Assembly (NCBI GenBank): GCA_002794465.1
Contig: MTSL01000030.1
Coordinates: 1 to 21,598 of the forward strand
Direction: 5' to 3'
From: Paramicrosporidium saccamoebae KSL3
Lineage: Eukaryota > Fungi > Cryptomycota
DNA length: 21,598 bases
Part shown: one piece after another, positions 8,356-18,130 of the stretch
Layout: each line of letters begins with the position of its first letter
Position numbering within the stretch: position 1 is the stretch's first letter
The notes under the pieces: generated by a model
Database searches by the model: none
Seen by the model: only the letters and a program-made list of their open reading frames with translations
Told to the model about the DNA's origin: nothing
Position numbers and translations under genes: made by a program

Positions 8356-9308
8356 TTATTCCTGAATTGTTGCAGTGAGACAGATGATCCTAACATTGGA
8401 GGGGTGTGAGAAGATTTCTTGTTGATCTGGTAGCGACCATCCTTTTATCAAACCCGAGGAGCTTGCCGATACGAGAACATCTCCAAAGGCTCCGCTAACT
8501 ATACTCAGTCCTTTGACGCGCGGTGACTGTTCAGTCTCCAAGATGGTGACCTTGGACGTAGATTCAGCGGGTGGGTCGGGTAGGGAAATCTCTACCATTT
8601 GGATCAAGGATCCTTCTCCCGCAATAAATACCAGCTCATCACGCAGCACAGCCATACATGCGAGTCGCGTTTTGGATTTAAAGTCCAGAATCTTTTTGGT
8701 AGTCTCCGTTTCATAGATGACCAAGTTAAAATCTGAAAGAACAGCATAATACTTTCCAGACTCTGAGAATTGGATTTGCAGCGGTTCGTGAGAGAGGAGG
8801 GATGAATGGGCCTGCTTACCAGTCATCAAGTTCCACAGCTTGATGCTCTTTTCCTTGCCAACGGAAAGGGCAACTTTGCCAGAGGGATGAACAGCGATAG
8901 CTGTTACTGGCTTTTTGTGACGAAGGACATGCAGACATTCCCAGTCCTTGGTACGGAAAAGCCCGATACGTCCATCTTCGCTACCGCTAAGTAGATGGGT
9001 GGTTCCGGTAAAGACCAGGCTGTTGATGGTCCCTTGATGCTGCGAAAGGGAGCCGATATCTTTGCGTTTTTTCAAATCAAATATTCTGCGACATTAGTCA
9101 AGTTGGTAAAATGGCCATACCTGATGGTTTCGTCGGTGGCTCCAGAAACAAGAAAGCGGGGACAACTAGAGACGGTCTTTAGATATCCCGTGTGAGCCGG
9201 AATGGCGAAACTTTCCTTTGTGGAGCTTACCTTTCCCTCTTTGGAAAGTTCGACATCTATTCCATACAAGATGCGCTCATAAGAACCAACGGCTACGACC
9301 AGTTTCAT
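8356..9308 (-). CDS. MAK11: WD40 60S ribosome biogenesis factor Mak11/PAK1IP1 (305 aa; exons 9308-9121, 9085-8356)
   Basis: VGSYERILYG, AHTGYLKTV...LVSGATDETIR|IFDLKKRKDIGSL..H.G.I..L.F, HPSGKVALSVG. A 35-nt intron at 9086-9120 (GTATGG...CTAAT...CAG) restores the frame. Confidence 0.9.
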
Positions 9309-9510
9309 CGGACACCCTGGGTCTTGGGCCCTGAGATGTTGTGGTGTTATAGTACCTTGATATAAATGTCTCTGCATTATACTTTAGTCTTATATTCCCA
9401 GTGAGATTACTTTTATCAAATAATACCCATTTGCCTATGATTGATTGCTTTCAACATGCCCGATTAAGATTACCACTGATGGGCAGTGGATAGGTATTGT
9501 CTTGCTTTTA

Positions 9511-9624
9511 CAACATTACCACACTTTTACAGTATCACCGCGCTTTTACAGCATTACCGCGCTTTCACAACATTATCGCGCTTTCATAGTATTACCGCGC
9601 TTTCACTACATTACCACGCTTTAA
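9511..9624. repeat. 19-bp minisatellite x6 (CARCATTACCGCGCTTTYA)
   Basis: Units start at 9511, 9530, 9549, 9568, 9587 and 9606. The array lies between the Ran stop codon and the MAK11 start. Confidence 0.9.
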
Positions 9625-9655
9625 CAACTACATGACATGTTTACTAGTTTCGGAA

Positions 9656-10306
9656 TTACAACTCATCATCTTCTTCAGGGAGGGGCTGCTGGGCGGCCAT
9701 CTCCATTTCCTGCTTGTAGGCATCCATCAACGACGGATCAACGGTAACCTCTGGCGGCGCCAAGGCTGGGGCGGCGACCAGGTCCAAATTCGGATTGCCA
9801 GTCAGCTTGCGGGCGAGCCAAACGAAGGGCTTCTCAAAGTTATAGTTGCTCTTGGCAGAAATGTCGTAGTACTGGAGGTTCTTTTTGCGGTGGAAGGTGA
9901 TCGACTTTGGCTTCACCTTGCGCTCCTTAATGTCCACCTTGTTACCACAGAGGACAATGGGAATGTTGTCACAGACACGCACGAGGTCGCGGTGCCAGTT
10001 GGGAACATTTTTGTAGGTAATGCGCGAAGTGACGTCGAACATGATAATACCGCATTGGCCGTTAATGTAATATCCGTCACGGAGACCGCCAAACTTTTCT
10101 TGGCCAGCAGTATCCCAGACGTCAAATTTGATGGGGCCACAATTGGTGTGGAAGAGCAACGGGTGCACTTCCACTCCCACAGTGGCAATGTACTTTTTCT
10201 CAAACTCACCAGAAAGATGGCGCTTTACGAAAGTAGTTTTTCCCGTACCACCGTCTCCAACAAGGACAAGCTTAAAAGTGGGAACTCCAGTGTCGTGGCC
10301 CTGCAT
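9656..10306 (-). CDS. GSP1: Ran GTPase (216 aa, intronless)
   Basis: [28 protein letters not shown] and SAK motifs, plus the Ran-specific acidic tail PLPEEDDEL. Confidence 0.99.
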   Translation of the reverse strand: MQGHDTGVPTFKLVLVGDGGTGKTTFVKRHLSGEFEKKYIATVGVEVHPLLFHTNCGPIKFDVWDTAGQEKFGGLRDGYYINGQCGIIMFDVTSRITYKNVPNWHRDLVRVCDNIPIVLCGNKVDIKERKVKPKSITFHRKKNLQYYDISAKSNYNFEKPFVWLARKLTGNPNLDLVAAPALAPPEVTVDPSLMDAYKQEMEMAAQQPLPEEDDEL

Positions 10307-10410
10307 GCTCTACACTATGACAATCGATGGATAAGACGTTTACGGTAAGATGAGGGAGAGTGAGGCAGACCAGGGTGATGGGTGGTAGTGGGTAGCAGAG
10401 GGTAGTAGAA

Positions 10411-10458
10411 TGTGATAGTGCGATGGTGTGATAGTATGATAGTGTGATAGTAGGGTAG
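10411..10458. repeat. 8-bp microsatellite-like array (TGTGATAG) x6 upstream of Ran
   Basis: TGTGATAG TGCGATGG TGTGATAG TATGATAG TGTGATAG TAGGGTAG. Confidence 0.75.
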
Positions 10459-10743
10459 TCTACGAATTAAACTCGGTACAACTCTTTCAAGAGTACCATC
10501 TCTATGGATCAGAAATCCAAGAGGTTTAGTGTGGGAGAGCACGTTCATGGATCGTATTGTGATGTAGGAGATTGATTAGTTGAACAGTTGAGAACAATGG
10601 GATCTATATCCTTACGATTTCAAGGTTGGCAGTAAGCAAGCTCTCTTTTCGATCGACAGAGTCCGTGGTATTATCTCCATTACGTGACAGTATAACACAA
10701 TAATATTTATTACAAGCCCTACACTTTCAATTCATCTGTGCGG

Positions 10744-11331
10744 TTACTTTGTTTTAAAAATCTTTGCCTTTGTGGCACGGGAACGGATGATGGACACGAG
10801 CAGGAAGAATCCTATTAGGGCAGCAAGGGCTAAGGTCTTTTGGGTGCTCGACAGCGATTTCAGTGCTGAAAGATTTCCAATACGTTTACCCGTCTCGGAT
10901 TTATTTTCACTAGGCATTTCAGCGGTGGGCATGACATTTTTCCACTCATCATTCGTAAACATGTCCTTTAAAGTTTCCCGCCTATCCGACAAATTCCTCA
11001 CCTGTCCATCCTTTACAAACAGGATGGTCGGTAGGTACTTGACTCCGAAATCTCCAAATAGCTGTCCCCCTCCGTCGTGACTAATACTGGCAATATGCAG
11101 ATCGGGGCGGCTATCTTTTGCCCACGAGGCAAACTTGTAAAAGTGCGGCTTGGCGTCCTGGCAAGGACCGCACCAGTCAGCATGGAACAGGAGCATCCAT
11201 TCGCCTGTGGAAATTTGAGACTTGGCTTCGGCAATCATGGCATCGTTGAACGAAACAATATTGTCGTTTTCCGAGTACACTAAGCCCAAGAGGGCTAGGA
11301 GAAGCACCGCGAGCATGTCTGGCAATAACAT
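10744..11331 (-). CDS. TMX-like ER thioredoxin-domain membrane protein, copy B (195 aa, intronless, active site WCGPC)
   Basis: Signal peptide, then EWMLLFHADWCGPC, cis-Pro motif YLPT, C-terminal transmembrane helix and Lys-rich tail. Confidence 0.85.
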   Translation of the reverse strand: MLLPDMLAVLLLALLGLVYSENDNIVSFNDAMIAEAKSQISTGEWMLLFHADWCGPCQDAKPHFYKFASWAKDSRPDLHIASISHDGGGQLFGDFGVKYLPTILFVKDGQVRNLSDRRETLKDMFTNDEWKNVMPTAEMPSENKSETGKRIGNLSALKSLSSTQKTLALAALIGFFLLVSIIRSRATKAKIFKTK

Positions 11332-11338
11332 GATTGAT

Positions 11339-12051
11339 TTATTCTTTTTTCTCGGCCTTGGTTTTCTTGTTTGATCGAGAAATGGCGTAATTTTCGATCA
11401 TGGAGAGCATCAAAAAGAACAAGACGGCGGAAAGCACCAGCGCAAAGAAGACAATGACCAGTTGGATTTTGGATAATGCCTGCAGTTTTACAAAGAGCGA
11501 CTACAAGTTAGCATCTCTAGATTGCATACGACTAGGAGCAGGCCAAACCGAGCGACTAGAGCAATACCATTTCCAAAAGTCGAGAATGGACCAAACCATT
11601 TTGATCCCACGGGAAGAGTTTTCCATGCATCTTCTTCAAATACATTCTCCAACTGGTCGCGCATCCCTGAAACATCTCTAACCTCCCCATTGGTGACGTA
11701 GAGGATAGTCGGCAACTGGGATATTCCAAACCGGGACATTAGCACAGTGCTATCTGCATAATTTATTCCAGCTGCTCGCAGGCTGGGTCTGTGCGTCTTT
11801 GCCCATTCGGCAAACTTGTAGAAATGCGGCTTGGTGGCCCTGCATGCGCCGCACCAGTCGGCATGACTACGCATTAGCACAAGACTTTAAATGTACAACA
11901 TGAGCATCCATTCGGAATCGTAAAAGCCAGACTGCAACTCGGCGCTGGTAGCATCACTTATTGACAGAATAGACTGCTTTGAGCCGGGCGGTCCGGCGAA
12001 CACGATGGCGAGGAATGCCAAGAGGAGGGTAGCGAGAGTCTCTGGGATCAT
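11339..12051 (-). CDS. TMX-like ER thioredoxin-domain membrane protein, copy A (217 aa; exons 12051-11897, 11866-11530, 11500-11339; active site WCGAC)
   Basis: Spliced model MIPETLATLLLAFLAIVFA...EWMLMF|HADWCGAC...QLPT...transmembrane helix...KKTKAEKKE*. Introns 11867-11896 (30 nt) and 11501-11529 (29 nt) both carry GCTAAY branch sites. Confidence 0.85.
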
Positions 12052-12078
12052 TGGCAGTCCAGGGCGGGAAAGGGGAGG
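12052..12078. promoter_or_regulatory. 27-nt G-rich spacer between divergent start codons (candidate bidirectional promoter core)
   Basis: ATG on the minus strand at 12051 and on the plus strand at 12079. The spacer TGGCAGTCCAGGGCGGGAAAGGGGAGG contains a GGGCGG box. Confidence 0.4.
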
Positions 12079-12930
12079 ATGAAGACTTATTCCCGCAAGA
12101 CTGCAATCGAGCGACCCGACGTGTGTACTGTGGATGACACATTATTAGCCAAAGTGACGCCAGTAAAGAGGACCAAGATTACTGACTATTTTTTCCGTGA
12201 ACCCGGAGCTGAGAAGGTTGTTAAAAGAAAGCCTGCCGTGGATCACAAATCTAAAAGTTCAAGCTTACAACAGACATTTTTGGACTTGGGACAGCAAGAC
12301 TTGTTTATTACCAGCTGTATGGATTGTGGAATGAAGTATGATCGCTCTTTTGCTAGCGATGTCAAGAGGCATGACATTGAACATGGTCGCCTAATGTCTT
12401 GCTTTAATGCTGAAAAGGTGCTGCGATTATATTAGTATTAACGAGGTTAGCTTATGGAAAAATCTATTTGGAAGGACGAACATTCTAACGGAGATGTTAT
12501 AGCCGTAGTGTTGGGATCAAGTCATTGCAAAGAATTGATAGACCGCGTGAATATCCTGATGGAGGCCGTTGAGCAATCGATTGAAGACGTTCAAGCCCTC
12601 CGAGTCTATTTATTCGTTTGCAATAACAAAGTGTCGGGAATGATGACCACTGAGAGATTATCAAATGCGACACGGGTAAATGGTGAGAAGCAAAATTGTT
12701 CCGTTTCTGTCGGAGTTTCGAGGATCTGGGTCAGTCCGACCTTGCGAAGGAAGGGTGTCGCCTTGAGGCTGCTTAGAGCTATTCGAAAGTGCAACCACCA
12801 GTATTCAGTGCAATGCACCACGGATTGTACCGTGGATCCCCGTCAAGTCGCATTTTCGCAGCCCACTTCTCAAGGAAAGTCGCTGGCCATCAAGTTTCTG
12901 GACTATAATGGAGATTACATTTTCTACTAG
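12079..12930 (+). CDS. ECO1: Cohesin acetyltransferase Eco1/ESCO (272 aa; exons 12079-12417, 12451-12930)
   Basis: Q..LDLG followed by a C..CGM.Y...D...H...H zinc finger. The C-terminal acetyltransferase region reads GVSRIWVS...RRKGVA..LL and VAFSQPT..G. A 33-nt intron at 12418-12450 (weak donor GTGCTG) joins the two ORFs in frame. Confidence 0.88.
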
Positions 12931-12949
12931 AATGATTACAAGATCTACT

Positions 12950-14082
12950 TTATGTTTTTTGGAAATGGCCAGATGATCCGTGGAATAGCGACTTCCACAC
13001 GAACGCTTCCGAAAGCAGCACCTCCAGATCAGTGAGACTCCAGGTGTCAGTGGGCGGATTTTGTAAAAATAGAATGATATCTTGGAACTCTAGCTTTTGC
13101 AACTCGCTCGACCATTTAGACAGGAATGCGGCACAGACGTATGTGTGAAATTCTGAAAAGCCATTTTCATCCTCGGAAAGATAAGTGTCCCACATCCGGA
13201 TAATCATGTGAAGGGGAAACTCTCTCATCAGCAGACAATTTACCCATCGAAATGCGAATTGCAAAAGAGAGACTTCTTGCTTGTCCAGATGGATCAATAG
13301 TTTGGGGTCGGTTCGAGTGAGAATGTCCTTCATCCTCGAAATCTGTCTAGAAATGCCCGTCTGATTGAAAGTGTAATTGTCTTGGATGCTGTCCAGCAGC
13401 TTGGAGAGACACCAGAATGAATCGGCCTCGACTTTAAAGAGGGCATTCTCTGGGAGGGACACTGTTGTAGAGGGACTGCCGATGGCAGAAATGTACTCGG
13501 ACAGGAAAACGTCATAAAAGGGAGTGACGAGATCATTAATCCCCTGAACATAGCCGCTAGCGGGCCGTCTAATGGACCAGCAATAAAGAATTCTAGCCAA
13601 GGCCTCTCTAACGATGGCATTTCGGAAGAGTGCCAGATTGGGAGCTGTTCGTGGTACGTCAATCGCAATTTGATGCATAATGGCCTCGTCTCTCCTCGCA
13701 TCGGGCCCGAAATGCTGCTCTACAATTTCCCTATACTCTGCATGTTTCCTCTCAATTGTTCCTGCGTGCCTATCCAGCACATTTGGTAAATACCCAATCA
13801 GAATTTTCCACACTTTAGGTCGGTACTGAGGCGGGATCCCCTTCCACGACAAACCTCGGAGGGAGTCGATAGAGATTGTTGGAGAGCTAAGAAGCGACTC
13901 GAAACGCTGCTCCCGTGGACTATCGACCACTGACGCCGAATCAGATTTTGCCGGTTCATCTGACACTGGCCTTTCATTCAACTATCAGCGTAAGAGGCTT
14001 ACCTAGCAGGTACCGCTGGCGGGTCATACTTCCAAAATTCTGAGGACGGCGAATTCTCTGGCGTTTCAGTACTCATGTCCAT
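12950..14082 (-). CDS. GYP1: TBC-domain Rab GAP Gyp1/TBC1D22 (366 aa; short first exon, 32-nt intron)
   Basis: LSWKGIP...RPKVWKIL.GYLP, QIAIDVPRT, GYVQGINDL, FAFRWVNCLLMRE and RMWDTY. The ORF-track start is TTG. An upstream ATG exon (14082) joins in frame through intron 13971-14002 or 13982-14013. Confidence 0.92.
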
Positions 14083-14351
14083 GAGTAAACGACGTCCAAA
14101 AGAGTAAACGAATTATTGGTAAACAGTGAGTAGTTGTGAGGGAATAAATCAACAAAATGGGTCATGAAGGAGAACAAAGGATCATAAAAGAGAACTTGTT
14201 TGTCGCGTAGTGAGGATAATGTCGCGGACTTTGTCATCGTAAGGATACAGATCCCACTGGTTTCAAATAGTCAACTATTCAATCCCCTATATCATATCTT
14301 GACCTCGCAGTCAGGATCTTTACACCATCTCTTGTGTTTATTTCACAAAGT

Positions 14352-15353
14352 CTAAAATTTGATTCTACGTTTTCGGGCTGTGTATTTGCTGTCGCTTTTG
14401 ACTTCCTCGCCCCGTTTTCTCGCAAGACTCTTTTTATCCAAGACCCATGACTTGTCATGGACACGACGTTTAGATTCTCGTTGGCGCTTCCGGGAACGCT
14501 TGTCAATAGAAACTTGATGATCGTCACTCTGTTCTTCCAGGCCCTGAGGAAGCTGAGCGGAGGGGCCGGTCATGAGACAGAGATAGTATTTCTTGGCTTT
14601 GGTGCTGTTTGGGAAATCCACAACCAGCCCACCAGTAAAACCTGCTTTCATGGCGCATCCAAGAATCAGATCGACCTGCGAGCTTGTCTCTGGGTAAAAC
14701 TGAAAGACTGCTCGAGCCCCTCGGGAGAGACTGCCGAAAAGTGTAGAAAATAGACGGTTTAGCCGCGACTTTGGGTTCTCGCAAGACTTGTTAGAGTGGC
14801 ATAACCACTGCAAAGCGGAAATGCTGATGCAGCCGTCAAACGTTCCGGGACGAACACACGTACCCTCTCCCATGTCGTGGTGGAATAGATCGATACAGCA
14901 GCGAGGATCGCCTTCTTCCTGCTCCTCGCCGTCCGACTCTTCGCTGTCATATTCGCTTTGTGAACTGTCCACCTCCATTTCCGACTCGTCGCTCTCGACC
15001 ACCTGACTACGGAGGCGTTCTTGCGCAACATCTAAAAGTCTTAGAACGGCTTTCAAGACAGTACTTAACATGGGCCTACTAATGTCCATACCAACCCAAT
15101 AGTGTCCAGCAGCAGCAATAGTGTCGCCACTGAGACCAGAACCGCAACCCAAATCCAAGAGTAGCCTAGGAGTACCATCCTGGGGAAGGGCGAGCAGTTC
15201 AAGCGCTCTCTCGGCCATTTCGCGTTGAATTTTGATTATTCGAGAGTTTTGAGTATATTTTCTAGACTCTTGCTCATCGTAATACTATGTGATAAGCGAA
15301 AATGACTACCAAATTACATGTTCGGGAGGACCTTGAGCCTCGGGTCTTGACAT
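14352..15353 (-). CDS. BUD23: 18S rRNA m7G methyltransferase Bud23/WBSCR22 (311 aa; exons 15353-15318, 15284-15065, 15031-14352)
   Basis: MSRPE..GPPE|YYDE.ESRKYTQNSRI..IQ.EMAERALELL, LDLGCGSGLSG, DGCISISALQWLC, GFTGGLVVDFPNSTKAKKYYL and a C-terminal KYTARKRR. Two 33-nt introns at 15285-15317 and 15032-15064. Confidence 0.95.
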
Positions 15354-15453
15354 GATAATCCCTGGATCCTGGATCCTGGGTCCTGGATGGGTGAATAAAA
15401 ACGGCTCCATAGAATCGATAAGCACGATTAGGTTTATTTACAAATTCACAGGA

Positions 15454-18109
15454 CTAAAGAATACCATTGGAATAATACTGGAATGTATCATACAGCTTGG
15501 TAAAAATATTGTAGGCACTACTAATGATCAGACGGTCAACAACTTGTCGTAATTGAGCATCAGTCAAGGTTAAATGAAATCTCTGTCTCAAGTGGGCAAC
15601 AGCACTTTCTCCAGAATAAAAGCACGGCAGTCGCGACTCTTTCTGCATAATTTCAATCAACACCATGATGCGATCGACATGTTTCCGGAGCTCTAGGAAT
15701 CCCTGAAACATGAGATTCTTGAATTTTATGAATTCTGGAGAGTGAAGCCCGCCCAAGAGCTCAATGTATTCGGGCGAGAGTTTAAAGGGCGCCGATTCAA
15801 AGCCGACATAGCCGGGGGAATTGGACAGCATGAACCCAAAATCAATGTGGACCAAATGTCCATGATCATCCATCAGGATATTCCCATCGTGACGGTCCTT
15901 GACTTGCAGCAAGTAAGTTACAATGGAGTAGGCAGCCAGACTTTCGGTAAAGCAGTCTCGTGCTCTCTGGAACGGCTCGCTGTCAGGGCTTCCAAAAGTC
16001 TTGATGAAGTGATCGCGGAGAGAAAATATAAAATTGGGAGACGAGTTGTGCTTGAGGTAGGCCGTCTTTTTGATAGAGTGCAGAGAGATGGCGTTGGGCA
16101 CAGTTTCCACAAGTCCCCCACTCGAGGCTGTCACCAACACTCGATAGCAATACGTCCATAAGGGCAGGCCAGCTTTGCGCCACACATTGGTCATTTCCGA
16201 AATGAGCTGACATGCAAGCTGTTCCTGTCTCATGTCAGCGCCCGACTTGACAATGACTGATAATAGCCTCCATCCTTCCAGCGCGCCAAAGGGAGATGAT
16301 GCCTGGATACGGGCCACTTTTTCCTCCCATCCTTCTTGGAACACTGCAGCTGACGGATCATCGCGGTCAAAGACCGGTCCATCATCCAAGAATAGCGGCG
16401 CATCTTGGCCATTAATGTCATTGTTTTGTTGGATGGCATCAAGAAGGCGGTTCCTTTCAAGAGCCTCCATTTCCCTAATAATCCGGTCTTTGATAGAGGC
16501 AATGTCGGTCAGAGTCTGAGAAGAGCATGTTGGCTGAGATGCCTGTCTCGTCAACTGGGCGAGCATAATTGCAGCCGTCCTCATACGATCCGAAAAGTCA
16601 TCAGCAGAAAGAGAGGCATTCTCAAGCGAAGGAAACGCATAAGCATCCTCTAAAGTAATCTGTCCATTTGCCAATCCCTTGTCATTTTGTAATTCATCCT
16701 TGCATCCACCGTTACACTCATCGTCACGTTCCTCTTCTTTCAAATCTTTCCCCAATTCAGATGTACTGACGTCGCGGCTTGAAATGGTCTGAGAGGTCTT
16801 GGGGTTTTTAAAAGTATCCAGAGATGTGTTGATCATGTCTTGAAAGTCTTCATCAGAACAGTCATTTTGCAACACTTCGATTAGTACCAGGAACGGCACT
16901 CGTTCGGCAGAATTCAAAACTACCGCATCGGACGGACTTATTCTAAGAATTCTATGATGCGGCGGCCCATCACACCAGAGTGGTAGACAAAGAAGCGCAG
17001 GCAGGTTGTGATTAATCAAAGCAAGTTCAGCGTTCAATGCCTTTAGTCGTCCATCGCGAGGAACCGACACAAGTCGCATCGAAACGTCAATCAAACTCAT
17101 GACAAATTGCATCTCGGCATAGTAATAAAGTGGGACAGGCGGGGGGATATTTCCCGAGACTTTTGCAATGTCCCCTGCACTTCCTGCGGCAGAGAGCATC
17201 ATGAATTTTGGAGCATTTACCTGCATCTGCTTTGCCGCCTTTAGCACATAGTCTCGAAATGAAAAGGCACTGCCACTATGCAGTTCTTCTACCGATGGGA
17301 CGGTGCTGCTAAAGGGTGTTTTTCCCGGGAAACATTCGTAATGTTTGATCGGAGTCCGTTTTGTCTTTTGTCGGCCAATCGACATTCGCCGTGCTTCTGT
17401 CAAGATCATTGGCCGCGTCAGGTCGGCGAAAATGGGAACACTTACGCCGGCCAAGGCGCTGCCGGCCCCGATCATGGAAACGGCAATTCCCGGCAGATTC
17501 GTAGCAGCCAATTCGGCCTTTATGCGCGAGACGATGGAATCAGGAGCCTCGTCATCATCAAGAGACAGACTTCGGCCAAGCTGGCCAATGTTGGGAATGT
17601 ACTCGCGAAAGACAATCTTCTGTAGGTCGCTTAACAGCCGCACAGCGCGAAGATAAATATTGGCATTGTTGACAAATGTAATGCGAAAGTCGGTCAGATA
17701 GTTTTCAAAATACCACAGCGCCTATGACCTTAGATTGGGTATGGACATACAAAAATGGCTGCATGTAGGGAACGCTGGCATATGGCCAACAGTAAGTGTT
17801 CCTGGGAGGGCGACTCGTCACTGTTGCAGACTGCTAAATGACTACAAGGTAAAGACAGTCAAGATGGTACCATATTTGTGGGAGGAAGAATTCGAGTTCG
17901 GCCGCAGTCATGGACCGGAGTCGCTCGCAAACGTAGTGTTGGATCCCCACTTCCTTTTGATTGTATTTCCACAAGTACGAAATGGCCATACTAGAATCAA
18001 ACAGGTCCGACTTGAAGAGTCGCAATAGGCCAGCCTTTCGACTTATCAAGTCTCCTGACCGAGACGCCGACAACACTGTAAATCCGCTCTCAGGCGACCC
18101 AGCCTCCAT
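15454..18109 (-). CDS. PIK1: Phosphatidylinositol 4-kinase Pik1/PI4KB (~865 aa; exons 18109-17871, 17841-17751, 17721-15454)
   Basis: N-terminal LLRLF.S..F...MAISYL.KY...GIQHY.C..L...EFFLPQI|CHL, central VLNSAERVPFL, kinase motifs VKSG.DMRQE, DRH.GNIL, HIDFGF and FESAPFKL. Two 29-nt introns at 17842-17870 and 17722-17750. Confidence 0.93.
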
Positions 18110-18130
18110 GGCCGACAATGAAACGAAAAC

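Noticed and set aside
9432-9485. Possible box C/D snoRNA (TGCCTA/TGGGCA terminal stem, ATGATTGA and CTGA boxes)
   Set aside because: It is only ~54 nt, the C box is imperfect and no convincing rRNA-complementary guide was identified. A snoscan/Infernal search would be needed.
9632-10348. 238-aa ORF antisense to Ran
   Set aside because: It is a shadow ORF of a highly conserved, codon-biased gene, with no protein-like features.
15742-17656. Several antisense and alternate-frame ORFs over PIK1
   Set aside because: They are fully explained as shadows of the long kinase CDS.
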